A stretch of 38,564 bases of DNA from a virus (Duplodnaviria; Caudoviricetes). The DNA lies in the IMG/VR virus record IMGVR_UViG_3300044847_000031, positions 1 through 38,564 of that record, one strand, 5' to 3'. Under the pieces are notes generated by a model. It was not told the DNA's origin, made no database searches, and was given only the letters and a program-made list of their open reading frames with translations. The position numbers were made by a program, and so were the translations under genes. Positions 1 through 6,901 of this stretch are shown in pieces. How positions within the stretch are numbered: position 1 is the first letter of the stretch; every line of letters begins with the position of its first letter.

Positions 1-263
1 GCGGCTTCCCAGGCGGCGTCCCTGGCGGCGGCCCTGGCGGCTTCCCAGGCGGCGTCCCTGGCGGCGGCCCTGGCGGTGTCCCAGCCGGCGGCCCAGGCGG
101 CGGCCCAGGCGGCGGCCCTGGCGGCGGCCCTGGCGGTGTCCCAGCCGGCGGCCCAGGCGGCGGCCCAGGCGGCGGCCCTGGCGGCGTCCCAGGCGGCGTC
201 CCTGGCGGCGGCCATGGCGGCTTCCCAGGCGGCGTCCCTGGCGGCGGCCCAGGCGGCGGCCGC
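1..263. repeat. Degenerate 12-nt coding tandem repeat (GCGGCGTCCCAG-like), including an exact 60-nt tandem duplication
   Basis: 61-120 is identical to 121-180. The minus strand encodes AA(W/R)(D/A/E) units. Confidence 0.9.
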
Positions 264-701
264 CTTTGTTCTGGCCACATCGAGAAATGGCTGCGCCGAG
301 CTCAATGCTGCCAGCCCTCGAATCTCTGGCAGCCCGCTGAGGATCGACGCCGCATCCTTGATGCCAGCGAGATCCAGCCATGCAGGCGTATGAACTCGGA
401 TCATCCAGTCGGCGCAGAGCCAGCCGCGCAACTCATCATGACCGTCACCGGCGGTGCCTACCATCCGCGCCAAGTAGGGCTTTAGGCGTTGCCGCCCGGC
501 ATCATCAAGGTCGTCGTTCCAGCGGCGCACGAAAGCTCCAAGAATTGGGCTGACGCAGGTCGGATGATCCGAATGTCGCTCCCCTGCCATCCAAGCGACA
601 ACCTCCATCGCGCAGAGACCATTTGAGCGATCGGAATGATCGCCCCTCATGAGAACAAGATCGGCGAGAGCCGAGGCTTCCAGTCTTTCAATTACAGTCA
701 T
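1..701 (-). CDS. Hypothetical phage protein with C-terminal AAWD/AARD tetrapeptide repeats, 5' part (runs off the window start and probably continues at 38564)
   Basis: Not in the ORF track because it has no stop in the window. Manual translation from ATG 701 (GGAGG 5 nt upstream) gives MTVIERLEASALADLVLMRGDHSDRSNGLCAMEVVAWMAGERHSDHPTCVSPILGAFVRRWNDDLDD...RGWLCADWMIRVHTPAWLDLAG...AAAAWAAARDAAWEAA. Confidence 0.8.
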   Translation of the reverse strand, partial: MTVIERLEASALADLVLMRGDHSDRSNGLCAMEVVAWMAGERHSDHPTCVSPILGAFVRRWNDDLDDAGRQRLKPYLARMVGTAGDGHDELRGWLCADWMIRVHTPAWLDLAGIKDAASILSGLPEIRGLAALSSAQPFLDVARTKAAAAWAAARDAAWEAAMAAARDAAWDAARAAAWAAAWAAGWDTARAAARAAAWAAAWAAGWDTARAAARDAAWEAARAAARDAAWEA

Positions 702-960
702 TGTGCCCTCCATGCTCCTCGCACGGCTCGGGCGGCTTCACTTCCTCACAATCTGGCAGGTCGCACAGGGCAGCATGCCCCCCGAGCGGATTCTCGAGCA
801 CGCGATCGCATGCCAGGGCTTCCCGCTGCTCCGGCGTGTTACAGGTGCGGGCGTGGCCGCTGTGGTGGTCGTTGCAGGCGGTGCAAAGGAACAACACCAG
901 CAGACACCAGACGCAGAGCAGGACGAACGGGGCGGACAGGATGCTCAGAGCTCTCTTCAC
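688..960 (-). CDS. Small Cys/His-rich membrane or lipoprotein
   Basis: Basic N-terminus, hydrophobic stretch, LCTAC lipobox-like motif, several Cys; coupled to neighbouring genes. Confidence 0.6.
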   Translation of the reverse strand: MKRALSILSAPFVLLCVWCLLVLFLCTACNDHHSGHARTCNTPEQREALACDRVLENPLGGHAALCDLPDCEEVKPPEPCEEHGGHNDCN

Positions 961-1325
961 TTCTCCTCCTCTTCTTCTCCGTCTTTGTCCTCGAACCCAG
1001 GTAGCTCACGCTGAATTACCTGGATATCAACCGTGTGTCCGAGAATCTTCTCGAGCCCACCATCACCGATGACCGTGATCATGGTCTTGATTCGCGGTCG
1101 CTCCCCGGCAGTGTCCACCTTGTGAGCAACCGTCTTGCAGGCGACGGCGACTGTGTGTTTTCCGGTCTGGCTGTTGAAGGCGAGTCCCTTCCCGGAGAGG
1201 GCACCGAGACGACCAGGCGCGTCGAGACTGCTGGCTTTCATCGTGGAAACGATTCCGCCTTCCTTGTCCAGCTTCAAGGTGACGGATTCGATCATGGCGG
1301 TCAGTGGGGTCAGGGGCTTGGTCAA
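957..1325 (-). CDS. Hypothetical protein with acidic C-terminal tail
   Basis: Part of ORF 957..1430. TTG start at 1325 overlaps the upstream stop (TTGA); ends EDKDGEEEEEK. Start uncertain. Confidence 0.55.
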   Translation of the reverse strand: MTKPLTPLTAMIESVTLKLDKEGGIVSTMKASSLDAPGRLGALSGKGLAFNSQTGKHTVAVACKTVAHKVDTAGERPRIKTMITVIGDGGLEKILGHTVDIQVIQRELPGFEDKDGEEEEEK

Positions 1326-2314
1326 GTGGCGATCCTTTCGATGGTGAGCCGGAAGGCTCCGTGAGGGTCCGTCTTGGAGTACTGTTCCTTCAATTCCTCT
1401 GGAATCTCGTACCTGGTGCGACTCTGCCATTGTCCCCTAGCTTGAAAATTGCCAACGAGTGCCATGTCAACGCCGCGGAGAGATGTCTTCAGGAGCTTGT
1501 CGGCCCTCTCGTACTGCTCCCAGGCTTCCCGCGTCTTCTCCCTGAGCTCAGCAGCGGCGATGAGCGTCTCATCCGTGATGACCTTGAGACCGGGTCCGTA
1601 GTCCAGCGGCGGATCGCAGGACTTCTTGAAGTGCGGGCAGCGCCGACATTCTGCTTTGTCCTGAGTGAACTCAGGTAACGGTGCGTCCACAACCTGCACG
1701 TCCACGGCTCGCCTGACCTGACCTAGAACTCGTTCCACTCTCGATAGGTGGTCCTCGAGTCGCATCGGAATGAACACAGGGAGACCTGGTTGGTCTAGGA
1801 CAAAGAAGGCCCACGGCTGGTTTTCGGCGAAGCAGTAGGAAAGAAGTTGATCGGGCATGTGCCGAGTCCACGGAGAGCGGTCGAAGTCCTCCACAGTCTC
1901 AAGGCCCCGGACCGATTCCCCGGCCTTCACCTCAACGAAGGGCCTCTCGCCGTTCTGGAATTGGAGACGGCAATCCACCTTGCCTACCAGGATCACGGTT
2001 CCATCGCGGTCCTTGATCTCGAACCGCCTCTGTCCTTCGACGACCTTGAAGGGAGGCGAGCTACGCGGCCCTATCTGATGTAGCCATGCGACAATGGCCT
2101 GCTCCCGTTCCTCCCCACGCTTCATTCTTGCGAGCGCCTCGTCGGAGAACTCGCCATCATCTTCCGGGTGGGTCAGATCAAGCGCCATCGCCCGGGTGCA
2201 GGATCGGATCCTGGAGGCGTAGACATAGGTACGTTTCCCACCCCCAGAGAAACTTCCAGCCCGGAGGCCAGATATCCAAGCATCCTTAAGAGCCGTTACG
2301 AGCGCCTCGCTCAT
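1322..2314 (-). CDS. Cas4-like PD-(D/E)XK exonuclease with Fe-S cluster cysteines
   Basis: N-terminal YASRIRSC, catalytic GKVD...VEVK, QLLSY, and C-terminal CRRCPHFKKSC. ATG 2314 overlaps the upstream stop (ATGA). Confidence 0.75.
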   Translation of the reverse strand: MSEALVTALKDAWISGLRAGSFSGGGKRTYVYASRIRSCTRAMALDLTHPEDDGEFSDEALARMKRGEEREQAIVAWLHQIGPRSSPPFKVVEGQRRFEIKDRDGTVILVGKVDCRLQFQNGERPFVEVKAGESVRGLETVEDFDRSPWTRHMPDQLLSYCFAENQPWAFFVLDQPGLPVFIPMRLEDHLSRVERVLGQVRRAVDVQVVDAPLPEFTQDKAECRRCPHFKKSCDPPLDYGPGLKVITDETLIAAAELREKTREAWEQYERADKLLKTSLRGVDMALVGNFQARGQWQSRTRYEIPEELKEQYSKTDPHGAFRLTIERIAT

Positions 2315-3198
2315 CCTCGACTTCCAGGCTCGGTGTTGTCGCCGAATACAGGATGCGCCCGAAGGGCCTTCCATGCGTTCTCGAACTGCCATCCGAACTT
2401 CATCGCGGCCACCGAGTCGAACCCACCAAAGTCCTTTCCTGCGGTGATTTCCTTCAGCAGCTTCAAGGCGTCCATCTTCTCTCCACCGACCCGCTTCAAT
2501 ACTTCGTTGAAGAGCTTGGTCTGTTCGGCCTTGATGTCAGCCGAGATGGTTGCCCCACCCCTTGACCCCTTCCCGTACTCGATCTTCTGGACGCCCTTGA
2601 TGCCGTTCGACTCGAGATCGGCCACCGTGAGACCTCTCATCCCCGTGACCATCGAAGCACCGCGAGTCTGCCAGTTCGTCACGGCCGACTTGCGGACTTC
2701 CATCGGGTCAGGAGGAATGCGGTGAGCCTCTCTCCAGGCGTCTCGCTCGCTCTTCGGCAGGTCCTTGAAGTTGGCCGGCTTGGGTTCATCGAACTCATCG
2801 AAGAACGGGTCACGACTGGACCGACCGCCGACGACACCCTGATAACCTACCCCAGTCTTGCGGCAGACAACCGATCCCGTGACGATGTAGGAGTATTCCC
2901 CATCCGGTGTGTCTTCTCGGATGACGCTTGGGATACCAAACACCAGCCCCCACAAGGCCGCCACGCGCTCAACGCCTGTCCCCTGGAGATAGACCTTCTC
3001 TCCGACTGCAATCCAGTCCTGCGGCCTTGTGGCCCTCACGGAGGCCGCCACCAGCTTGGGAATGAGGGCAGAGGTTGCCTCAAACTCGGCCAGGATGCCC
3101 TTCGGGTCCACCTTTGCGATGGCTTGCGGTTGTTCTGATTCCGCCTCAAGATCGATGAATTCGCGTTCCACGTCAGGCTTACCCATGAATTCTCCCAT
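2311..3198 (-). CDS. Putative single-strand annealing recombinase (Rad52/Sak/RecT-like fold)
   Basis: Helix, three beta strands, then a KSAVTNWQTRG helix pattern; translationally coupled to the exonuclease, the usual SSAP-exo pair. Confidence 0.55.
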   Translation of the reverse strand: MGEFMGKPDVEREFIDLEAESEQPQAIAKVDPKGILAEFEATSALIPKLVAASVRATRPQDWIAVGEKVYLQGTGVERVAALWGLVFGIPSVIREDTPDGEYSYIVTGSVVCRKTGVGYQGVVGGRSSRDPFFDEFDEPKPANFKDLPKSERDAWREAHRIPPDPMEVRKSAVTNWQTRGASMVTGMRGLTVADLESNGIKGVQKIEYGKGSRGGATISADIKAEQTKLFNEVLKRVGGEKMDALKLLKEITAGKDFGGFDSVAAMKFGWQFENAWKALRAHPVFGDNTEPGSRG

Positions 3199-3204
3199 CC
3201 CTTT

Positions 3205-3432
3205 TCAGTGAACGGAACCGCTGAGAGCCTTTTTCGTTTCGGCCGCCTGCTTCTCCATCCGCCCGGTGTCAATGCTCAGGTAGGTGATCCGGTTGGCGAT
3301 CTCCAGGAGCTTCGCCAGTTCGGCCTCGCTCAGATCCTTCGGCGGGCTCCCCGCCATCTCCAGCCAGTGACACGCCATCCGGAGGTGAAACTCCACCATC
3401 CGGAGTAGGTGCAGAAACACGCTGCGTTTCAT
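3205..3432 (-). CDS. Hypothetical helical protein
   Basis: MKRSVFLHLLRMVEF..., GGAGG upstream of ATG 3432. Confidence 0.55.
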   Translation of the reverse strand: MKRSVFLHLLRMVEFHLRMACHWLEMAGSPPKDLSEAELAKLLEIANRITYLSIDTGRMEKQAAETKKALSGSVH

Positions 3433-3652
3433 CAGGCCTCCCCTTGAGTCCATTGCGCTGTCGGTAGTCTGCAAACGCCAGCGCCCACGTCTTCCCCTGG
3501 CCCTTGCAGCGGAACACCTCGAAGATCCACGGCCAAGACTTCACGAAGCCGACCTTGCAGACGCCACGCTGTGCCTGGATCGCGCCGTCAGGACCGAATA
3601 GACGGATGGATTCGGCGAGGGCGGAACGAGCTCCGAGAGCATGGCGGGTCAT
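3269..3652 (-). CDS. Hypothetical protein
   Basis: ATG 3652 overlaps the upstream stop. The 3' part overlaps the next gene by ~160 nt, so the end is doubtful. Confidence 0.4.
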   Translation of the reverse strand: MTRHALGARSALAESIRLFGPDGAIQAQRGVCKVGFVKSWPWIFEVFRCKGQGKTWALAFADYRQRNGLKGRPDETQRVSAPTPDGGVSPPDGVSLAGDGGEPAEGSERGRTGEAPGDRQPDHLPEH

Positions 3653-3879
3653 AAGGGTTTTCTCGATTTTGGATATAGTCCGTTCCAGCATCCTTTATCG
3701 TGAAAAGGAGCTTCCATTCCACAGGTGGGACACTTCCTGGAAATGCGTTTCAGTCGCCCGAGATTCTGGCGATAATGCTCGTTCATTTGGGCAATCATGC
3801 GTTCGATATCTTTGCTCGTCATGGCTTTCACCGTTGTCTCGACAGCCGATCCAGAGGTCTTGGATTTACTCACAGGCAT
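3649..3879 (-). CDS. Small protein with CxxC...H...C zinc-binding motif
   Basis: GGAGGT SD before ATG 3879; CPTCGMEAPFHDKGC. Confidence 0.55.
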   Translation of the reverse strand: MPVSKSKTSGSAVETTVKAMTSKDIERMIAQMNEHYRQNLGRLKRISRKCPTCGMEAPFHDKGCWNGLYPKSRKPL

Positions 3880-4306
3880 GTTCCACCTCCGGTCCGTGAC
3901 GCCTCCTGCAAATACTGCACTCGGGCCAGCAGACACAGAGCCCGGCCTGCTCTCGTTCCTCCCTATTCAACGCCTGTCGGTAGAAACCGCGCAGGACGAA
4001 CCCGTTCTTCACCTTGCCACAGTTGGAGCAGGGCGTCTCGTCGAAGTCGATCGGGGTGACGACGATGCGGCAGTCTCGGTGCAGGTGGTGACCCTTGTGC
4101 CCCATGTCCTTCTGGTAGCCCCAGGAGTTCGTCCACTCGACGTCCTGGTCCAAGACTACGCCGTGACGCGGGCAGAGAAACCGACGCGGGAGCCGCGCTT
4201 CATCATCACGACCCCCGCTCCGGTCCCGCGAGAGAGTTCCCTCCTGGGAGTCAGCAGCCGGCTGACGCGGGGATGGGTCGTTGGCGGGAGTCCAGATGAC
4301 GGTCAT
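3866..4306 (-). CDS. Cys/His-rich hypothetical protein (zinc-binding)
   Basis: CPRH, CSNC, CVCWPECSIC motifs; coupled to neighbouring genes. Confidence 0.5.
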   Translation of the reverse strand: MTVIWTPANDPSPRQPAADSQEGTLSRDRSGGRDDEARLPRRFLCPRHGVVLDQDVEWTNSWGYQKDMGHKGHHLHRDCRIVVTPIDFDETPCSNCGKVKNGFVLRGFYRQALNREEREQAGLCVCWPECSICRRRHGPEVEHACE

Positions 4307-4509
4307 TCGGAAACCTTCTTGAGAAGGCGAATGGACACCTCAAGCTTGTCTCCGATTTCGATGACATTGGCAGGGATGTTGTTCTTTCTCAGCCAGAAAC
4401 CCGCTATGACATTACAGGCACCGCGGGTACCGCTGATTTCCACATGCCCCCCGTATTTGCTCATGACCGTCACGAGTGCAGACCCTCTTCCGATTGGTTT
4501 TGGTTTCAC
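4303..4509 (-). CDS. Small hypothetical protein (possibly AbrB-like beta fold)
   Basis: GTGA overlap with the upstream HTH gene; IEIGDKLEVSI motif. Confidence 0.45.
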   Translation of the reverse strand: MKPKPIGRGSALVTVMSKYGGHVEISGTRGACNVIAGFWLRKNNIPANVIEIGDKLEVSIRLLKKVSE

Positions 4510-4715
4510 TTCCTCACCGCCTTCCCGCTGCCGTCGCGCTTCACCTTGTCCAGCAGTTTCTTCATATCACGCTGGAGGGCCCACGAGGGCTCAGACAGTC
4601 CGGTAGTCCAGCGGGCTGCAGTCATTGGGCTTTTGTGGTAACGATCCGCCAGATCCTTGACGGTCCAACCCTTGAGCTTCCTGAGTTCCTCGATCTCGTC
4701 CGGGGTGATTATCAA
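4506..4715 (-). CDS. Cro-like XRE-family helix-turn-helix regulator
   Basis: EELRKLKGWTVKDLADRYHKSPMTAARWTTGLSEP matches the XRE HTH pattern; AAAGGAG SD; first gene after a consensus promoter. Confidence 0.8.
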   Translation of the reverse strand: MIITPDEIEELRKLKGWTVKDLADRYHKSPMTAARWTTGLSEPSWALQRDMKKLLDKVKRDGSGKAVRK

Positions 4716-4739
4716 GGCTTCTCTCCTTTGCTGGCGGAG

Positions 4740-4768
4740 AATATAGAATGTCGTCTGTCAGTTGTCAA
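4740..4768 (-). promoter_or_regulatory. Sigma70-type early promoter driving the cro-like operon
   Basis: Minus strand TTGACA (4768-4763), 17 nt, TATATT (4745-4740). TGACA is repeated within the spacer and could be an operator half-site. Confidence 0.75.
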
Positions 4769-4875
4769 TCTAATTCTGAAAGTATTTTGTCCGCCTCGAT
4801 GGCTGTACGAACCCCACCCCTATTTCTTATGCAAATCCAGGTGGCTCTGCGTCGTCACATCAAAAGGAGCGTTCC

Positions 4876-5001
4876 ATGACCGAACGGGATCGCCGCTACA
4901 ACGCTTCCAAGAAAGGCAAGGCCCGGGCTGCCAAGTACGAGAAAAGCAGACGGGGCCGCCGGACTAGGAAGGCGTGGAGACAGCGGCAGAAAGGAGAATA
5001 A
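4876..5001 (+). CDS. Small, very basic 41-aa protein
   Basis: AAGGAG SD at 4864-4869; MTERDRRYNASKKGKARAAKYEKSRRGRRTRKAWRQRQKGE*. Below the ORF-track length cutoff. Confidence 0.6.
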   Translation: MTERDRRYNASKKGKARAAKYEKSRRGRRTRKAWRQRQKGE

Positions 5002-5220
5002 CCACAAACCACACCAGCGGAGGACACAGGAGCCCAGCGGTTAGCAGCAGCCTGCAATAGCTCGCACCTGAACTCTAAGGGGAAGGCACTTGAACGCACG
5101 GCATTGCAACAGCAACAAGGTCATTTGCCCGGCAAGCAAAGACGCTCAAATCCAGGGGACTTGTTCTCAGCGGCAAACATTCCAGTTTATGGCAACGGTA
5201 TTGTCGGCTGATCTTAACCT
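5002..5220 (+). ncRNA. Putative guide-RNA array 1: three ~60-85 nt units with 5-nt periodicity
   Basis: NCA/NGA/NGC triplets recur every 5 nt. Units end in AACTCTAAGGGGAA (5071) and AAATCCAGGGGAC (5148). No convincing ORF. Confidence 0.55.
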
Positions 5221-5235
5221 CGCAAGGAGAGACAA

Positions 5236-5805
5236 ATGAATTCCATCGACTTCCGGATCAAGGGAACCCAGCCGCTTCTTTTCAACCGCGAGCCTTCACC
5301 CTTCGAAGACTCGCCCGATCTCTCAGCCAAGACCAGCAAGCGCAAGGATGAGAAGCCCTCGGAGGAGGCGGCTCGCCATCTCCATACTATCAACGGCAAC
5401 GGCAAGGGACGACAAGCAGTCATCCCGGCCATCCTCCTGCGCAAGTGCCTGCAGTCAGTCACGACACTGGCACTGGGGCGCTCCACTCCGGGCCATCCCT
5501 GGGTCCAGATCGTGAAAGGTGGGGTGATCATTGAGCCCGCATCCATGCTCCTCGAGCCGCAGAACTGGACGCTGGACGTTCGTCGTGCCGGGACAAAGGG
5601 ACGTGGAACAGGGGCCATGCTCTACCGTCCTCGCTTCGATGATTGGTCGGTCAAGGGTGTGGTGAGCTACGATGATCGACATCTATCTGGCCAGGACGTG
5701 CGGAAGCTCTTCGATGAGGCTGGAAGGTTCCAGGGGCTTGCCAGCTACCGGATCGGGAATGGCGGGCCGTTCGGGAGCTTCATCGTGACGGAGTGGAAAG
5801 AATAG
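5236..5805 (+). CDS. Stand-alone Cas7-like RAMP (RRM-fold) protein
   Basis: N-terminal FRIKGTQPLLFN strand, IPAILLRKCL helix, RPRFDDW, and a C-terminal Gly-rich loop AGRFQGLASYRIGNGGPFGSFIV typical of RAMPs; AAGGAG SD. Confidence 0.7.
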   Translation: MNSIDFRIKGTQPLLFNREPSPFEDSPDLSAKTSKRKDEKPSEEAARHLHTINGNGKGRQAVIPAILLRKCLQSVTTLALGRSTPGHPWVQIVKGGVIIEPASMLLEPQNWTLDVRRAGTKGRGTGAMLYRPRFDDWSVKGVVSYDDRHLSGQDVRKLFDEAGRFQGLASYRIGNGGPFGSFIVTEWKE

Positions 5806-6026
5806 TCAAGTCTTCCCATCGCAAAGCCGCTCAGGAGACGGCATTGCCCCGCTGATTAGCGGCGCGCAGCGATAGACAGACAAATCAAATCTAAGGGGAA
5901 CTCCCATTCATCAGCAACCATGAAAACGGAATTGAACCCACTAGAAATCTAATCCAAGTGGAGCATAGAACTCACGAGAGCAACGGCAGAGCAGCCGACG
6001 ATAAAGCAGGCAAAAGCAAACGAAAT
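5806..6026 (+). ncRNA. Putative guide-RNA array 2: three ~60-95 nt units with 5-nt periodicity
   Basis: Begins at the base after the RAMP stop codon with TCA ag TCT tc CCA tc GCA aa GCC gc TCA gg...; delimiters AAATCTAAGGGGAA (5887) and TAATCCAAGTGGAG (5950). Confidence 0.55.
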
Positions 6027-6042
6027 GCCCCCTCTCGGGGGC
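6012..6042 (-). terminator. Intrinsic terminator closing the late (minus-strand) transcript
   Basis: Minus strand GCCCCC-GAGA-GGGGGC hairpin with GNRA loop, followed by ATTTCGTTTGCTTTT. Confidence 0.65.
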
Positions 6043-6147
6043 TCCCGTCCTCGGGTCAGCGATCTGCGTTCGTGGGTTGGTCGGAAGGAACGGGACTTGA
6101 TTGCTACCTACTTACCGTGAGATGGGCTTGCGGTCAAGGGGAATTGC

Positions 6148-6522
6148 TCATTCGACCGTGAACTTGCAGCTCGCCAGCGGCGGATTCGCCCGGTTCGGCT
6201 GGGAGTAGTAGTACTGCCCGTCGAAGTAGATCGTCGCAGCATACTCCCCAGGAGCCAGCACGTTGGTTACTGCTGCCCCGAAGGCCCCGCTGTCATCCGT
6301 CACGACGAAGGCGTAGGGAATGGAGTGCTCGATGAGCACGATGTCCAGGAGTGTCAGGGGCCGGAAGCCAGAGCCCTTGATGTTGAGCACGACGCTCCCG
6401 TGGGGGACCGGGTTGGGCTCCACGGTGCAGACCTCCTTCCCGGTGGGTTTCAGGCGAGGGGCGGCGAACAGGGAGGTTCCCAGCAGCCCCAGGATGGCGC
6501 AGGCGACGAGTAGACGCTTCAT
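6148..6522 (-). CDS. Secreted Ig-like beta-sandwich protein
   Basis: Signal peptide MKRLLVACAILGLLGTSLFA; V.PNPV...IKGSGF pattern; two Cys; strong AGGAGGT SD. Confidence 0.6.
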   Translation of the reverse strand: MKRLLVACAILGLLGTSLFAAPRLKPTGKEVCTVEPNPVPHGSVVLNIKGSGFRPLTLLDIVLIEHSIPYAFVVTDDSGAFGAAVTNVLAPGEYAATIYFDGQYYYSQPNRANPPLASCKFTVE

Positions 6523-6622
6523 GGCAGCTTACCTCCTACCTTGGCCCCAATCGCCCAGCCTAAGCCAGCCAGCATGGAGACCAGGAATATCCAGAAGAAG
6601 GTTGGGAGTGACCAAGTGAACA

Positions 6623-6838
6623 TCAGAACGGAACAGCGCTGCGGTAGGCCGCTGGCAGCTTGTCGCGCAGCCAGCCTCCCAGAGGGTTGAGCACGAGCGG
6701 AACGGCCGCTCCATAGGCCGGGCTCTTCTGCGCCCAGCCCGCCAGAGCCATCGCACCCACGGTCAGAAAGGACTGGACGAGCCCGCGCACGATCTTCGCC
6801 TTCACGGTGCTCGCGGGTCGCGGAACGATTTCGGACAT
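6623..6838 (-). CDS. Small membrane protein, holin candidate
   Basis: 71 aa with two hydrophobic segments, AAAAGGAG SD, downstream of the endolysin. Confidence 0.5.
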   Translation of the reverse strand: MSEIVPRPASTVKAKIVRGLVQSFLTVGAMALAGWAQKSPAYGAAVPLVLNPLGGWLRDKLPAAYRSAVPF

Positions 6839-6901
6839 GGTGTCTTCTCCTTTTGCACTCTCATTTGAGATGCAGAAACATGAACGCTGGGGGCCCTGCG
6901 G

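Noticed and set aside
1-263. Terminal repeats, CRISPR or DGR template/variable repeat at the window ends
   Set aside because: The repeats are in-frame coding tetrapeptide units, and no reverse transcriptase is present.
76-393. Plus-strand Ala/Gln-rich ORF
   Set aside because: Antisense shadow of the minus-strand repeat gene, which has an SD, a globular N-terminal domain and operon context.
4762-4788. Rightward promoter TTGTCA...TATTTT for the RAMP module
   Set aside because: The spacer is only 15 nt. A rightward promoter should exist in this interval but cannot be placed with confidence.
4896-5099. Short ORFs overlapping the arrays (4896-5099 minus; also 5958-6161 plus)
   Set aside because: No convincing SD or protein-like features; the 5-nt rather than 3-nt periodicity argues for non-coding function.
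5002-6026. Canonical CRISPR array beside the Cas7-like gene
   Set aside because: No 23-50 nt near-identical direct repeats with unique spacers; only a ~10-14 nt degenerate delimiter and pentamer periodicity.
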